Source: a phage
DNA length: 64,000 bases
Reading direction: 5' to 3' (one strand)
Sequence record: PZ452588.1
The notes under the pieces are model-generated. The model was not told the origin of the DNA. It ran no database searches and was given only the letters and a program-made list of their open reading frames with translations. Shown here piece after piece: positions 48,001 to 57,962 of this stretch. Numbering within the stretch: the stretch's first letter is position 1; every line of letters starts with the position of its first letter. Made by a program: the position numbers and the translations under genes.

Positions 48001-49814
48001 TGGTGTTTAACCCTATGCATGATTTCTTTATTTTTGCCAAGATTAAATCCGCGTTCGTTCGGATTTCCCAAATAACCACATGTTCTTCTTATTGTGTTCA
48101 TCTTTTTAGGATCAGTTTCTCCACAGATAGAACAAACAAATCCGTTTTCAGTAGGAGTCATTTCATGAGTACTTCCGCATGTAAAACACTTATCTACTGG
48201 CATGTTAACACCAAAATAATCTAAATGCTGTGCAGCATAATCCCATACGGCCTCAAGACCTTTTAGATTATTTTTCATATCAGGAAGTTCAACATAAGAA
48301 ATGTGACCACCTGTCGCAATGAAATGATATGGCGCTTCACGAGAAATCTTTTCAAACGGAGTAATATTTTCTTCTACTGAAACATGGAAACTATTAGTGT
48401 ACCAGCCTTTATCAGTAACATCTTTTACGCTTCCATATTTTTCTGTATCAAGTTTACAGAAGCGATAACAAAGGTTTTCAGCAGGAGTCGAATATAAACT
48501 AAAAGCAAATCCGGTTCTTTCAGTCCACTGTTTAAGATGAGCATTCATTTTAGTTAAAATTTCTTGTCCAATATCACGACCGACAAGAATATTCAATTCG
48601 TGAATACCAATGTATCCCAAAGACACTGAACTTCTGCCGTTTTTAAATAACTCAATTATATCGTCATCAGGTTTAAGACGAACCCCGAATGCACCTTCTT
48701 GGTAAAGAATAGGAGCAACAGTCGCTTTAACTCCTTTTAAGGAACTAATTCTACACATCAATGCTTCAAAACATAAATCCATTCGCTCATTGAATAATTC
48801 AGTAAATTTCTGTTCATTGAACTGTGTTCCAATATAAGAATCTAACGCGATGCGAGGAAGATTCAGTGTTACAACACCAAGATTATTACGTCCATCAAGA
48901 ATTTCATTGCCAGTCGAATCTTTCCATACGCTCAAGAAACTACGACAACCCATTGGAGAAACAGGAATAGATGAGCCAGTGATAGCTTTATTGTTCTTAG
49001 CTGAAATAATATCAGGATACATTCTTTTGCTTGCGCACTCTAGAGCAAGCTGTTTAATATCATAGTTCGGATCGTCTTTATAAAGATTAACACCTTCTTC
49101 AACGAACATAACAAGCTTAGGAAAAATAGGAGTTATCCCATCACGACCGAGACCTTTAATGCGGTTTTTAAGAATTGCCTTCTGAATCATTCGTTCAGTC
49201 CAGTCAGTTCCCGTACCAAATGTAATTGTTACAAAAGGCGTTTGTCCGTTTGAACTAAAGAGAGTATTTACTTCATACTCATAAGCTTGGAATGCATCGT
49301 ATACGTCTTTTTCTGTTTTAGATTGAGCATAATTCAGTGCATCGGCGATTTGCCATTTTTCTGCATCCTCAATATGTTTTGCATAGGTGCGTTTAACATA
49401 AGGAGAAAGTACTTTATCTACATTCGCAAAAGTCGTTCCGCCGTACTGGTGTGAAGCAACCTGTGCGGTAATTTGTGCCATAATTGCAGTAGCAACGCCA
49501 ATTGATTTAGGAGTTTCAATCTGCGCATTACCAAGCTTAAATCCGTTCTCAAGCATTCCTTTTAAATCTACTAAACAGCAATTAGTAAATGGAAGAGCAG
49601 GGGAATAATCAATATCATGGAAATGAATAATTCCGCTTTCATGCGCTTTCATAATAAAAGACGGGACCATATTTTTGGCAATGTGTTTAGACACAATACC
49701 AGCCATAAGGTCCCGTTGAGTTGGAAAAACACGAGAATCTTTATTAGCATTCTCGTTTAAAAGGTCTTTATTAGTTTTATGAATCAATCCTTCAATTTCT
49801 TTTTCAATTGTCAT
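47997..49814 (-). CDS. nrdD: Anaerobic ribonucleoside-triphosphate reductase NrdD (605 aa), uninterrupted
   Basis: 605-aa ORF with C-terminal glycyl-radical motif (RTCGYLG) and zinc ribbon; no intron-like interruption. Confidence 0.92.
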   Translation of the reverse strand: MTIEKEIEGLIHKTNKDLLNENANKDSRVFPTQRDLMAGIVSKHIAKNMVPSFIMKAHESGIIHFHDIDYSPALPFTNCCLVDLKGMLENGFKLGNAQIETPKSIGVATAIMAQITAQVASHQYGGTTFANVDKVLSPYVKRTYAKHIEDAEKWQIADALNYAQSKTEKDVYDAFQAYEYEVNTLFSSNGQTPFVTITFGTGTDWTERMIQKAILKNRIKGLGRDGITPIFPKLVMFVEEGVNLYKDDPNYDIKQLALECASKRMYPDIISAKNNKAITGSSIPVSPMGCRSFLSVWKDSTGNEILDGRNNLGVVTLNLPRIALDSYIGTQFNEQKFTELFNERMDLCFEALMCRISSLKGVKATVAPILYQEGAFGVRLKPDDDIIELFKNGRSSVSLGYIGIHELNILVGRDIGQEILTKMNAHLKQWTERTGFAFSLYSTPAENLCYRFCKLDTEKYGSVKDVTDKGWYTNSFHVSVEENITPFEKISREAPYHFIATGGHISYVELPDMKNNLKGLEAVWDYAAQHLDYFGVNMPVDKCFTCGSTHEMTPTENGFVCSICGETDPKKMNTIRRTCGYLGNPNERGFNLGKNKEIMHRVKHQ

Positions 49815-50284
49815 TTTAAACTCTTTCTAAGCTGCTTCTTAAATGAAGCTATTAATTGTGTTTTAGTGTCAGATTCATTATATTCAAATCCTCTTTGAAG
49901 CATCTCAGCCATCATTTCCTCTTTTCCTAAACGAGAAAATTCCTTTGATTTATCTCCAACAAAGTTAGGGTGAATATTATTTTGGGTGTAATCGGATTTT
50001 AAGTAAGTAAGTAAATTTTCTAACCATTCAAGATAATCAACACCTTGTCCCTTTAAGCCAGAACGATTAAATTTATGCTTCATTTGACCTTCTGCGGCAT
50101 TGCAGAGATTACAAAGCAATCCACGCACCTTTCCTGCTTTTGGTCCATTTAATTCATGGTCATGATCAAGATGATTAGCTTGAACATCAGGATTTAGTTC
50201 TCGTTGGCAAATTAAACATTTACCATTTTGTGCATCATAAAATTTCTGTTTTTCTTCTTTATATAATTTGCCAGTTAATAACAT
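49811..50284 (-). CDS. 49: Endonuclease VII gp49 (Holliday junction resolvase, 157 aa)
   Basis: 157-aa ORF with zinc-binding Cys cluster and HxH; matches recalled T4 gp49. Confidence 0.9.
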   Translation of the reverse strand: MLLTGKLYKEEKQKFYDAQNGKCLICQRELNPDVQANHLDHDHELNGPKAGKVRGLLCNLCNAAEGQMKHKFNRSGLKGQGVDYLEWLENLLTYLKSDYTQNNIHPNFVGDKSKEFSRLGKEEMMAEMLQRGFEYNESDTKTQLIASFKKQLRKSLK

Positions 50285-50325
50285 AATAAACCCTTACCTT
50301 AAATAGATAAGGGTATTTATTATTT

Positions 50326-50811
50326 TCAAGTATTGTAAAACATTTGATTCAATCGCTTATATTGCCGAATCTTTTGGTCAGAAAAAGAAATTTGGGTTTC
50401 AAGCCATTCAATATATTCTGTCGCAGCTTGCATCAAATTTCCTTCATAGCCATCGTTATTTTCTTGTGCAGCTAATTTAGCTAATGCGTATGAAATACGT
50501 TCACCTTGAAAATCGGCTTTAGGCTTCTGAACAACTTGATTAGTTCGCTCTACAACTTCTTCAATTTCGCCATTTTCGACTGATTCAGTATTCCACAAGC
50601 ACCAATACGTAATTGGCTTATCGTAGATGTTAATAATCTTTCCATCAGAAAGTTCAATTTCAATAATTCCAGTATCAGGCTCTATATCATCTTCACATTC
50701 TTTTGCAAGTTCACGAACTTTAAAGACAGTACCTGCACTAAGTTCCGGCCAGTAATTACATAGCCCTGTATCAGCACGATTAATTCTAAACCACTTATCT
50801 ACTGTAATCAT
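50326..50811 (-). CDS. Hypothetical protein (about 161 aa); possible Pin
   Basis: 161 aa from internal ATG; label by size and position only. Confidence 0.4.
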   Translation of the reverse strand: MITVDKWFRINRADTGLCNYWPELSAGTVFKVRELAKECEDDIEPDTGIIEIELSDGKIINIYDKPITYWCLWNTESVENGEIEEVVERTNQVVQKPKADFQGERISYALAKLAAQENNDGYEGNLMQAATEYIEWLETQISFSDQKIRQYKRLNQMFYNT

Positions 50812-50934
50812 GTCCCATCTCCATATCAATTAAGTCATTTATCGTTGGTTCATTATATACTGTTTCTTCATCAGTGTAAACCGGTTCTTCCGGCTCTGGC
50901 TCTACAGTTTCCCATCTAGCCGCCCACCAAGGTT

Positions 50935-51255
50935 TTATAGCGTAATCCATTCTCGTACTATCTGAGTTACTACACGTTCACGGGGCTCGACTAGTTCAAC
51001 AGTCGGAACTGCATAATACCAGTCAGAATGATAAGAACCTGACCGAGATTCATTTACAGCCACATGTACATTATGTTTTGGACTAAAGTAAACACACTGA
51101 CGATATTGACATTTACCATCTTGCACCCAGTCTTCTATTTCGACAGGTTTAAGATAATCGGAAAAATCGAAATCATAGTTTTCCGAAAATGCATCATGGT
51201 CTTCAATGATTTCGCTCAGAACTGCATCAACATCTAATTTATTTTCAATAGTCAT
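50935..51255 (-). CDS. Hypothetical protein (106 aa)
   Basis: ORF. Confidence 0.5.
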   Translation of the reverse strand: MTIENKLDVDAVLSEIIEDHDAFSENYDFDFSDYLKPVEIEDWVQDGKCQYRQCVYFSPKHNVHVAVNESRSGSYHSDWYYAVPTVELVEPRERVVTQIVREWITL

Positions 51256-51438
51256 TTTTCACCAATTAATTTCGCAATTTATTAAGTTCTTCATCATCAA
51301 TCCAGGATTCTAGTCCTGATGGCAGGTCACATTCAATTTCCCAAAGAAGTTCTTCAATTTTCTGAAGACGATCTAGTTCTTCGGCTGGAATAGTAACCAT
51401 TGACGGAGCTCGTGATACATTAATATCGTAAATCATAT

Positions 51439-51654
51439 TTACCCCAATTTAACCATACAATCGCCGTATTTCCACTTAGAAATAGACTTTTCACCATTAG
51501 AATAATAAACTTCGAGTTTAGCACGATTATTTTTAATTTGAATAACCTTGGCTGTCATCAAAGTTCCATACCCATAATAAACTGCAACTTCATCACCTAC
51601 ATATACCGCGCTTCCGCGGTAATCATGAATATAGTCATTTCCTTCGAGCATCAT
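51439..51654 (-). CDS. Hypothetical protein (71 aa)
   Basis: ORF. Confidence 0.5.
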   Translation of the reverse strand: MMLEGNDYIHDYRGSAVYVGDEVAVYYGYGTLMTAKVIQIKNNRAKLEVYYSNGEKSISKWKYGDCMVKLG

Positions 51655-51914
51655 TTAAAATATTCTCGCAGCTGGTCAAATCCACCAATATGACTTCCAT
51701 CAGGAGCAAATACCTGGGGCATTGTCAAGCCGATTTGAGTATCACGACCTAGTTTAGTCAGAAGCTCAGCGATTTTCTCATCATCAAAAACACCTTTTTC
51801 CGGCATAATGTTGATAAATTCAAACGGCTGTTTCTTCACGGTCAAAAGACGTTTTGCATTATCGCAATACACACATTTATGAATGTTGCTATCATAACCA
51901 TATACTTTAAACAT
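51651..51914 (-). CDS. nrdC: Thioredoxin/glutaredoxin NrdC (87 aa)
   Basis: 87 aa with CVYC active site; matches recalled T4 NrdC. Confidence 0.85.
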   Translation of the reverse strand: MFKVYGYDSNIHKCVYCDNAKRLLTVKKQPFEFINIMPEKGVFDDEKIAELLTKLGRDTQIGLTMPQVFAPDGSHIGGFDQLREYFK

Positions 51915-51915
51915 A

Positions 51916-52158
51916 TTATTCCTTAATTCCTAGTACTTGTTTAAAAGTCTCGTCGTAATCAAGACTTTGGCCCGTTTGTTCTTTATGTTTGTATATAATA
52001 TCACTTACTTCTGATAGCATATTTTTATATGAACGAGTTAAAGCAGATTTAAGCACGCTGTATCTATCAGGAAATTTACCATGTTCATTATAATAAGCTA
52101 TTGCTAATTCACGGACTGCCTTTTCAGCAGCCTCCATATATTCTTTACGCTTGGTCAT
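51916..52158 (-). CDS. Hypothetical protein (80 aa)
   Basis: ORF. Confidence 0.5.
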   Translation of the reverse strand: MTKRKEYMEAAEKAVRELAIAYYNEHGKFPDRYSVLKSALTRSYKNMLSEVSDIIYKHKEQTGQSLDYDETFKQVLGIKE

Positions 52159-52160
52159 TT

Positions 52161-52550
52161 TTAATCCAAAATATTATTAGGCATTGGTTGAACACTCACA
52201 AGTTCTTTAAAGAACTCAGTAGAGTCAGGCAATTTAACCATTTCCGGAGCATGCTTACTGAATTTATGTTTACATTGACGGCATTTATATTCAAGCTCTG
52301 GTTTACGCCAGTTAATCAATTGAACTTGTTCAGTACCGCATTCAGGGCAATTAGGAACGTTTTTAGAAGCTCTTTCACGTCGTTCAACCATAGCCATAAT
52401 AGCATCCCATGCTGGAGGTTTAAAATCTAAATCGTCGCAGCCGTGAATCTTTCCACGCATTTCCATATCATCTTCCTCACCAGCCATAATAATTTTAATT
52501 AAACTAGAATTACTTGAAGCTGCAATGTCTTCTAATAAACGCTTTTTCAT
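52161..52550 (-). CDS. Hypothetical zinc-ribbon protein (129 aa)
   Basis: CPECG...CRQC motif. Confidence 0.5.
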   Translation of the reverse strand: MKKRLLEDIAASSNSSLIKIIMAGEEDDMEMRGKIHGCDDLDFKPPAWDAIMAMVERRERASKNVPNCPECGTEQVQLINWRKPELEYKCRQCKHKFSKHAPEMVKLPDSTEFFKELVSVQPMPNNILD

Positions 52551-53476
52551 TTCAATACCTCAATAGCATTACGTAAACCATTTGCTTTTGCATTAAGAGC
52601 TTTTAACAATTTGGTGTGTTCTGCAATTTGGGCTTCAACTTCAATCAAACGGGCATTGAGATATTCACGTTCTTCACTCAGATTATCAACCTTTTCTACT
52701 TTAGGCTCTTTTACAACTGTCTTATATGTATTAGGGTTCTTCAGTTTAATTAGAATGCGTGAACTGTATAACATTGAACCATTATCTTCGGTTTCGTCAT
52801 ACATTTCCACTACGTCCATAATTTTTAACATCATGCGGAGTTTATAAGACAACGAACGAATAGTTTTGTTGTGCTTATTAATTTCTTTAGCTGTCATGGT
52901 GCCAAGATTACGTGAGTAATAATAAGGAACCTGGATATTAATTAATACTGATGAACCACCTGGCTTGTGTGTTACTTCATCAGCAATAACCCAATCCTTA
53001 ACATGAACTGTATTTGTACGGTCATCGCCCGCGGTAAATAGTTTACGAGCATGCTTAAAAAGCATATTCACTTGGTCATTGAATTGACAAGCGAATTTAT
53101 CAGCAAATTTAGTTTCAGGAATGGTAGAAAACCAATCAGCCAAATGGGTCTTTTTAACATCATTAACAATAGTAAATTCAACCAAATCGGTTATAGATGT
53201 CTCAGATTTAACGAAGCTCGGCTTCATAAAGTTTTTAATGTTCTCATGAGCTACAGTAGAAGATAACATACGAGAACGTTTAAACCATTCAAGCAAATTA
53301 CCTAACGAATGAGAATAAGCATTCTGAGTATCTTTACAGATATGATTTTCCTGGCCAACATATTGAAGGAAATCACGAAGAATATTATTGATTACTGCCC
53401 TGTGTCCTATCTGATAATTACGATGTTTAGTAATAAGACTATCAAAATAATCAATATAATGTTTACGAGTTTTCAT
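52547..53476 (-). CDS. Hypothetical protein (309 aa) with C-terminal coiled coil; first of four tandem ORFs
   Basis: N-terminus MKTRKHYIDYF; C-terminal heptad-rich segment. Confidence 0.55.
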   Translation of the reverse strand: MKTRKHYIDYFDSLITKHRNYQIGHRAVINNILRDFLQYVGQENHICKDTQNAYSHSLGNLLEWFKRSRMLSSTVAHENIKNFMKPSFVKSETSITDLVEFTIVNDVKKTHLADWFSTIPETKFADKFACQFNDQVNMLFKHARKLFTAGDDRTNTVHVKDWVIADEVTHKPGGSSVLINIQVPYYYSRNLGTMTAKEINKHNKTIRSLSYKLRMMLKIMDVVEMYDETEDNGSMLYSSRILIKLKNPNTYKTVVKEPKVEKVDNLSEEREYLNARLIEVEAQIAEHTKLLKALNAKANGLRNAIEVLK

Positions 53477-53528
53477 GTTCTTCTCACTTGATTAATGATT
53501 TATGCTCCGAGCCATCCTTGGCTTTAAA

Positions 53529-54530
53529 TTACTTAATTAACTGTAAAGCTTGTTCAAGACGATCCAGGCGATTAACAGATTCTTCCCAAATCCTTTTAGC
53601 CTTCTCATATTCTTTCTGTGATTTATTAGAAATTTCTAGAGCTTCTTTATAAGCTTTTTCTAATGCAATAACTTCTGGACGAATTTCTACCGGTTCAGGT
53701 GAATCATCAAGATTATCCATTAGTTCCTCAAGGGTAGTTTCTTCTTTAGGAGTATTCACAATTTCATCACATTTTTGTTGGTAAATTTCTTTATCAGTCG
53801 GTGAGTACGCACATTTCACTTCACGAAGACTAACTACAATTTTGTATCCTTCCCAACCACACATATTCTTAAAAGGATAAGTATGAATATTTTCTACGGT
53901 TTCCATACAAAGTAATGCAGTCTCTAACTGACGAGTTATAGTGCTAGCAATTGAGAAAAATTTATTAATATTCTTTTGGTTAGCGTTTGGTGTAAAAAAT
54001 CCATAATTCACAAAAATAGCTACTTTATTTTCATCAAGCTCATATTCTTTTACGATAATCATATCAGAAGCCAAAGGATGAATTTGACGATAATCGCCAT
54101 AACATAATTTAGAAGCTGATTTTAGAATTTGTCCTTTGAAAAGTCTGAAATTACTAATCCAACGACGAGTAAAAATATTCTCAGGGTCTTCTTTATTATT
54201 AAGATGATAAGAATTAACATCACCGAACCAATTATATCCTACTACATCTTTAGTTCGTTTAATTTCTTTCCCAAAATTACCAAGAATATCCCGATTAACC
54301 AAATATGAAAGAAGACGAGACTCTTTAAAGGTTTTCTTGATAACATCTTTATCTACACGGCTAGAAATTTTACGAATTTCATGAATAAATTTAGTAGAAG
54401 AAACAATACTTGCATCAACACTATTGAGCCATTGATTGATAATAGAAAGAACGATATTTTGACCAAACATCGGTATAGCTTTATCATCAATAACGCTATT
54501 GAATGATTTGATATATTCGTTACGAGTCAT
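53529..54530 (-). CDS. Hypothetical protein (about 333 aa) with C-terminal coiled coil; second of four
   Basis: Start set at MTRNEY after GAGGAG SD; C-terminal heptad-rich segment. Confidence 0.55.
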   Translation of the reverse strand: MTRNEYIKSFNSVIDDKAIPMFGQNIVLSIINQWLNSVDASIVSSTKFIHEIRKISSRVDKDVIKKTFKESRLLSYLVNRDILGNFGKEIKRTKDVVGYNWFGDVNSYHLNNKEDPENIFTRRWISNFRLFKGQILKSASKLCYGDYRQIHPLASDMIIVKEYELDENKVAIFVNYGFFTPNANQKNINKFFSIASTITRQLETALLCMETVENIHTYPFKNMCGWEGYKIVVSLREVKCAYSPTDKEIYQQKCDEIVNTPKEETTLEELMDNLDDSPEPVEIRPEVIALEKAYKEALEISNKSQKEYEKAKRIWEESVNRLDRLEQALQLIK

Positions 54531-54587
54531 ATTAATCTCCTCAGTAGAAAGTAAGAACATTATACCACATCCTTGTGGCAAAGTAAA

Positions 54588-55607
54588 CTAGTTCAGTGCA
54601 TTTAGTGCATTGTTCAGTTTAGAACGTTGCTTTGTCAGATTTTGAACCCTTGACTGAGCTTGTTCTAACGCCTTTTCAGCTTCTAGCACTTCATTGGTCG
54701 CTTTAACGAGTTCATCATCTACTGCCTTAAGAGACTTCTCAATCGCGTCAGCGTGCCATTTTTCTACAGGTTTAAAATTTGAATTTTCAGTAGGAAGAAA
54801 ACTCACTTTATTAAGTTTACATGCATCTATATTGCTTGAGCTATACATCCAAAATTTAGGATCGTTTGATAAGTAATTGGATAAATTTAAGTTATCTTGC
54901 ACTTCCTGCTTTTTCTCTTGCGGGACTTCGTCCTTTCTCAAAAAATCGTATTTAAATGAAACGATCATATCAAGTTCATATGATGTTGTATCTAACTTAA
55001 ATCGTTCAAAACGAGGTAAAATCTTAGATTGAACAGCAGCAACAACATCCATATACTTAAATGCTTCTGTCAGCTGTGATTTAAGACATTCACAAATTGA
55101 AAGAGAATTTTTAGTATTAGGCTTAAAGCTAATTCGTGCAGTTCTATTATTTTCTTTTAACGGTCTTACTTCCATCTGGAGAGTATAACCATCAAATTTC
55201 AGATTCTTTAAGTTAATATCAGAGCCTTTTAATCGACTAGCAGTAGACAAAATTTGCTTTAATTGTCTACGGAACAGAGCAATAAATCTCCATTCAATAC
55301 GATAATGATTCGGATTGAAAAATCCAGATGATAAATCGACCTTACTTTGACCAACGCCTTGAACAAATAGAGGATTTTTATAATCAATAGTTTTACAGAA
55401 ATCGGTGAGCTGCTCACGAGCAGTCATTTGTGTAATATACCCTGCTTTACTAAAATGACGTAACAATTCACTGCTATTTAGATATTTAAAGTGAATAGCA
55501 CGATTAACTTTATCAGGGTCTAAATTATTTTCACACAAAAATGTCATAACATTACGAGTATCGCTGGCAGTACGAACCATATCTTCAATTTGAGAACGAG
55601 TTTTCAT
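54588..55607 (-). CDS. Hypothetical protein (339 aa) with C-terminal coiled coil; third of four
   Basis: N-terminus MKTRSQIEDMV; C-terminal heptad-rich segment. Confidence 0.55.
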   Translation of the reverse strand: MKTRSQIEDMVRTASDTRNVMTFLCENNLDPDKVNRAIHFKYLNSSELLRHFSKAGYITQMTAREQLTDFCKTIDYKNPLFVQGVGQSKVDLSSGFFNPNHYRIEWRFIALFRRQLKQILSTASRLKGSDINLKNLKFDGYTLQMEVRPLKENNRTARISFKPNTKNSLSICECLKSQLTEAFKYMDVVAAVQSKILPRFERFKLDTTSYELDMIVSFKYDFLRKDEVPQEKKQEVQDNLNLSNYLSNDPKFWMYSSSNIDACKLNKVSFLPTENSNFKPVEKWHADAIEKSLKAVDDELVKATNEVLEAEKALEQAQSRVQNLTKQRSKLNNALNALN

Positions 55608-55615
55608 GGTGTTCC

Positions 55616-56506
55616 TTAAGATTTAAGTAAATCAACAATTTTAATTAATTTTTCACGCTCAGATTTAGCTTTACTACTCAATCCAGATAGTCTGAAAATT
55701 TCATCGTCATACTGTTGAATAGAAATATTCAGCTCTTCAATTTGCTTATTAAAATAATCAATTTGTTCAGAATGTTTTTCATTACTACGAACTGGTACAG
55801 GTTTTGTAGGCAATTTAGTTGAACTGGATTCATCCGGGCGATAAATTAAAATACAACTTGAACCAATCGGACATTTTGCACCAGATGAATATTCTAATGT
55901 TCCGGCTTCTTTTAAAACTTCAAAAGCTAAACAGAGATGATGCCCCATATTAACATAATCAGTAGAGCGAGCTCTAATGTAATAATCATCTCCACGAGTA
56001 CTAAATTTAAAGCATTTAAGGTCTTCTGTATTATTAGTTTTAAAAATCATTTGTTTATCTAGACCTTTAGCCAATCGAGCACCTAATGCTAATAATCGTC
56101 GTTGATTTTCCCACAAATCCGCAATCATTTGATCGAATGACAATTTCGGCATTAGTCGACCATAAAGGTCATATCCTTTATTATAATTGCGAAGGATTTC
56201 ACTCGCGTTAATACGAGACAATGCTCCAATTTTATTAAGGGCTTTCATGATGCGATTAGATAAACTCATTCCAGACCCACTTGTTCGCTGTAGATGTTTT
56301 TCTAATCCAAATCCAATATCAACTTTAAACTTATCTAAAATTTCAGCATGAACATCTTTGTCAATAACATTCAAATCTAAAGTTGGGTTAAATCTATGAA
56401 AAAATTTATCTGGCTCTCCACGACGAAGTACAGTCCATTCATTCATCATTTTTTTATTAACTAAAGATTTAATTACTGCATTGACATTATTAATTGCTAC
56501 TGACAT
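55616..56506 (-). CDS. Hypothetical protein (about 296 aa) with C-terminal coiled coil; fourth of four
   Basis: Start set at MSVAINNV after GAGGAAAAT SD; C-terminal heptad-rich segment. Confidence 0.5.
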   Translation of the reverse strand: MSVAINNVNAVIKSLVNKKMMNEWTVLRRGEPDKFFHRFNPTLDLNVIDKDVHAEILDKFKVDIGFGLEKHLQRTSGSGMSLSNRIMKALNKIGALSRINASEILRNYNKGYDLYGRLMPKLSFDQMIADLWENQRRLLALGARLAKGLDKQMIFKTNNTEDLKCFKFSTRGDDYYIRARSTDYVNMGHHLCLAFEVLKEAGTLEYSSGAKCPIGSSCILIYRPDESSSTKLPTKPVPVRSNEKHSEQIDYFNKQIEELNISIQQYDDEIFRLSGLSSKAKSEREKLIKIVDLLKS

Positions 56507-56513
56507 ATTTTCC

Positions 56514-56915
56514 TCACTCAATTTTACCAATTACGCGGAATAAGATTGAACAGACTATATAAGTACCACATACAGATTGAACTAATGCCATTCCAAAGAA
56601 CCAAATAATATTATCAAACCATGTCTGTTTTACGTCGAAAGGACGTAAACTTACAGTAATATTATCGCCTTTTTCTATTGATGAATACATCTCTGGTGAA
56701 ATATATTCGCTAAATCTATAACCATCTTTGAGTTCATATACGGCAATAAACGATAAACTAGACCCCTTTCCTTGAGTTCCTGTAAGGGTATTAACTACAG
56801 TAACATCATAATCTTTATAATGCATATAATCATTAATAGCATAATAACTATATGCAACTACTATACATAAACAACATATCAATAAATTCAATCTTTTAAT
56901 TATCAACTGTTTCAT
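56514..56915 (-). CDS. Membrane-anchored hypothetical protein (133 aa)
   Basis: N-terminal TM segment LNLLICCLCIVVAYSYYAI and C-terminal hydrophobic segment. Confidence 0.5.
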   Translation of the reverse strand: MKQLIIKRLNLLICCLCIVVAYSYYAINDYMHYKDYDVTVVNTLTGTQGKGSSLSFIAVYELKDGYRFSEYISPEMYSSIEKGDNITVSLRPFDVKQTWFDNIIWFFGMALVQSVCGTYIVCSILFRVIGKIE

Positions 56916-56970
56916 AATAATCTCAATTAAAAGGGCTTAGAACCATTATACCATCCTTGGTATAAAGCGG

Positions 56971-57498
56971 TTATGCGAGTACCGTCTTTAACCGTTCTTC
57001 AAATTTCCGAAGAGTGTTCTGGCGTTCAGCTCTTTGCTTTTTGTAAGTTTCAATACGCTCTGAAATGAGAGTGTATCGTTCATTTACTGATTCTTTCATA
57101 AAATCAGGAATTTCACGAGAAGCTTTAATCTCGTCAAATTTATCAATAACAGCTTGCTCTTCAGCAATTAAGTTATCATACATCAAAATATCTTTCTTGA
57201 TGAACTCAATATCTTCTTGAGTTACACGAGATAATTTAGATGCTTTATCCTTTTTGTATTGTTCGTTAGTATCACGAGACCAGTGTAATGTACGATTTTT
57301 ATTCGTATTCTTGTAAATTTCTACAATACCAATCTCATCAATAATAACGATCCAATTCCAACGGGATTTGTAAATTTGTCCTCCATCAACCGTGATTTCA
57401 CCACCGATTGAGACATCATTAAAGAACTTGCTTTGAGCTTCAGATTTAAATTTACCATCATTGTAGTTTACCAAGTTGAAAATATCTTTAGCATTCAT
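56971..57498 (-). CDS. Hypothetical protein (about 175 aa)
   Basis: Start set at MNAKDIF after GGAGG SD; the track N-terminal extension is promoter leader. Confidence 0.5.
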   Translation of the reverse strand: MNAKDIFNLVNYNDGKFKSEAQSKFFNDVSIGGEITVDGGQIYKSRWNWIVIIDEIGIVEIYKNTNKNRTLHWSRDTNEQYKKDKASKLSRVTQEDIEFIKKDILMYDNLIAEEQAVIDKFDEIKASREIPDFMKESVNERYTLISERIETYKKQRAERQNTLRKFEERLKTVLA

Positions 57499-57558
57499 TT
57501 TCTGTTCCTCCGTAGTTGATAGTTGTATAATACCACAGAGGAACAGTCTTGTAAACAA

Positions 57559-57861
57559 CTAAAAGAAACTTCTTTCACAATTTTTTCCACTGAACCATGC
57601 GCTCACTGCTTTCTTAGTCTCAGGAGCAGTGTTATCCATAAACCATTCAAAGGCAGCCTTTTTATGATTCTGGAGGGCTTCTCGGGCTTTAATCTGCTCA
57701 CGGTCTATTAACACTAACATATGAGCCTTTCTTGTCACCAAGGGCTTCTTATGATTCTTGGAGTATTCCCAGTCATTTGTCCAACGCATTGTCGTTGCGA
57801 ACTGAAATACTGCTTCTTTAATTTTAGTTTCATAAATTTCACGAGCTTTTGAGTATAACAT
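57559..57861 (-). CDS. Hypothetical protein (about 100 aa)
   Basis: Start set at ATG after GGAGG SD. Confidence 0.5.
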   Translation of the reverse strand: MLYSKAREIYETKIKEAVFQFATTMRWTNDWEYSKNHKKPLVTRKAHMLVLIDREQIKAREALQNHKKAAFEWFMDNTAPETKKAVSAWFSGKNCERSFF

Positions 57862-57962
57862 CTTTACCTCCATTTACTAGTTTAATTCTAGTCATCTTTT
57901 TAATGGCAGTCCATATAATCTATTTCTGAACTGCCTTTTTGTCTTAGAAGTCCTCTTATGAA

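Noticed and set aside
47997-49814. Group I intron or homing endonuclease in nrdD
   Set aside because: nrdD is one continuous 605-aa frame with no interruption or embedded ORF.
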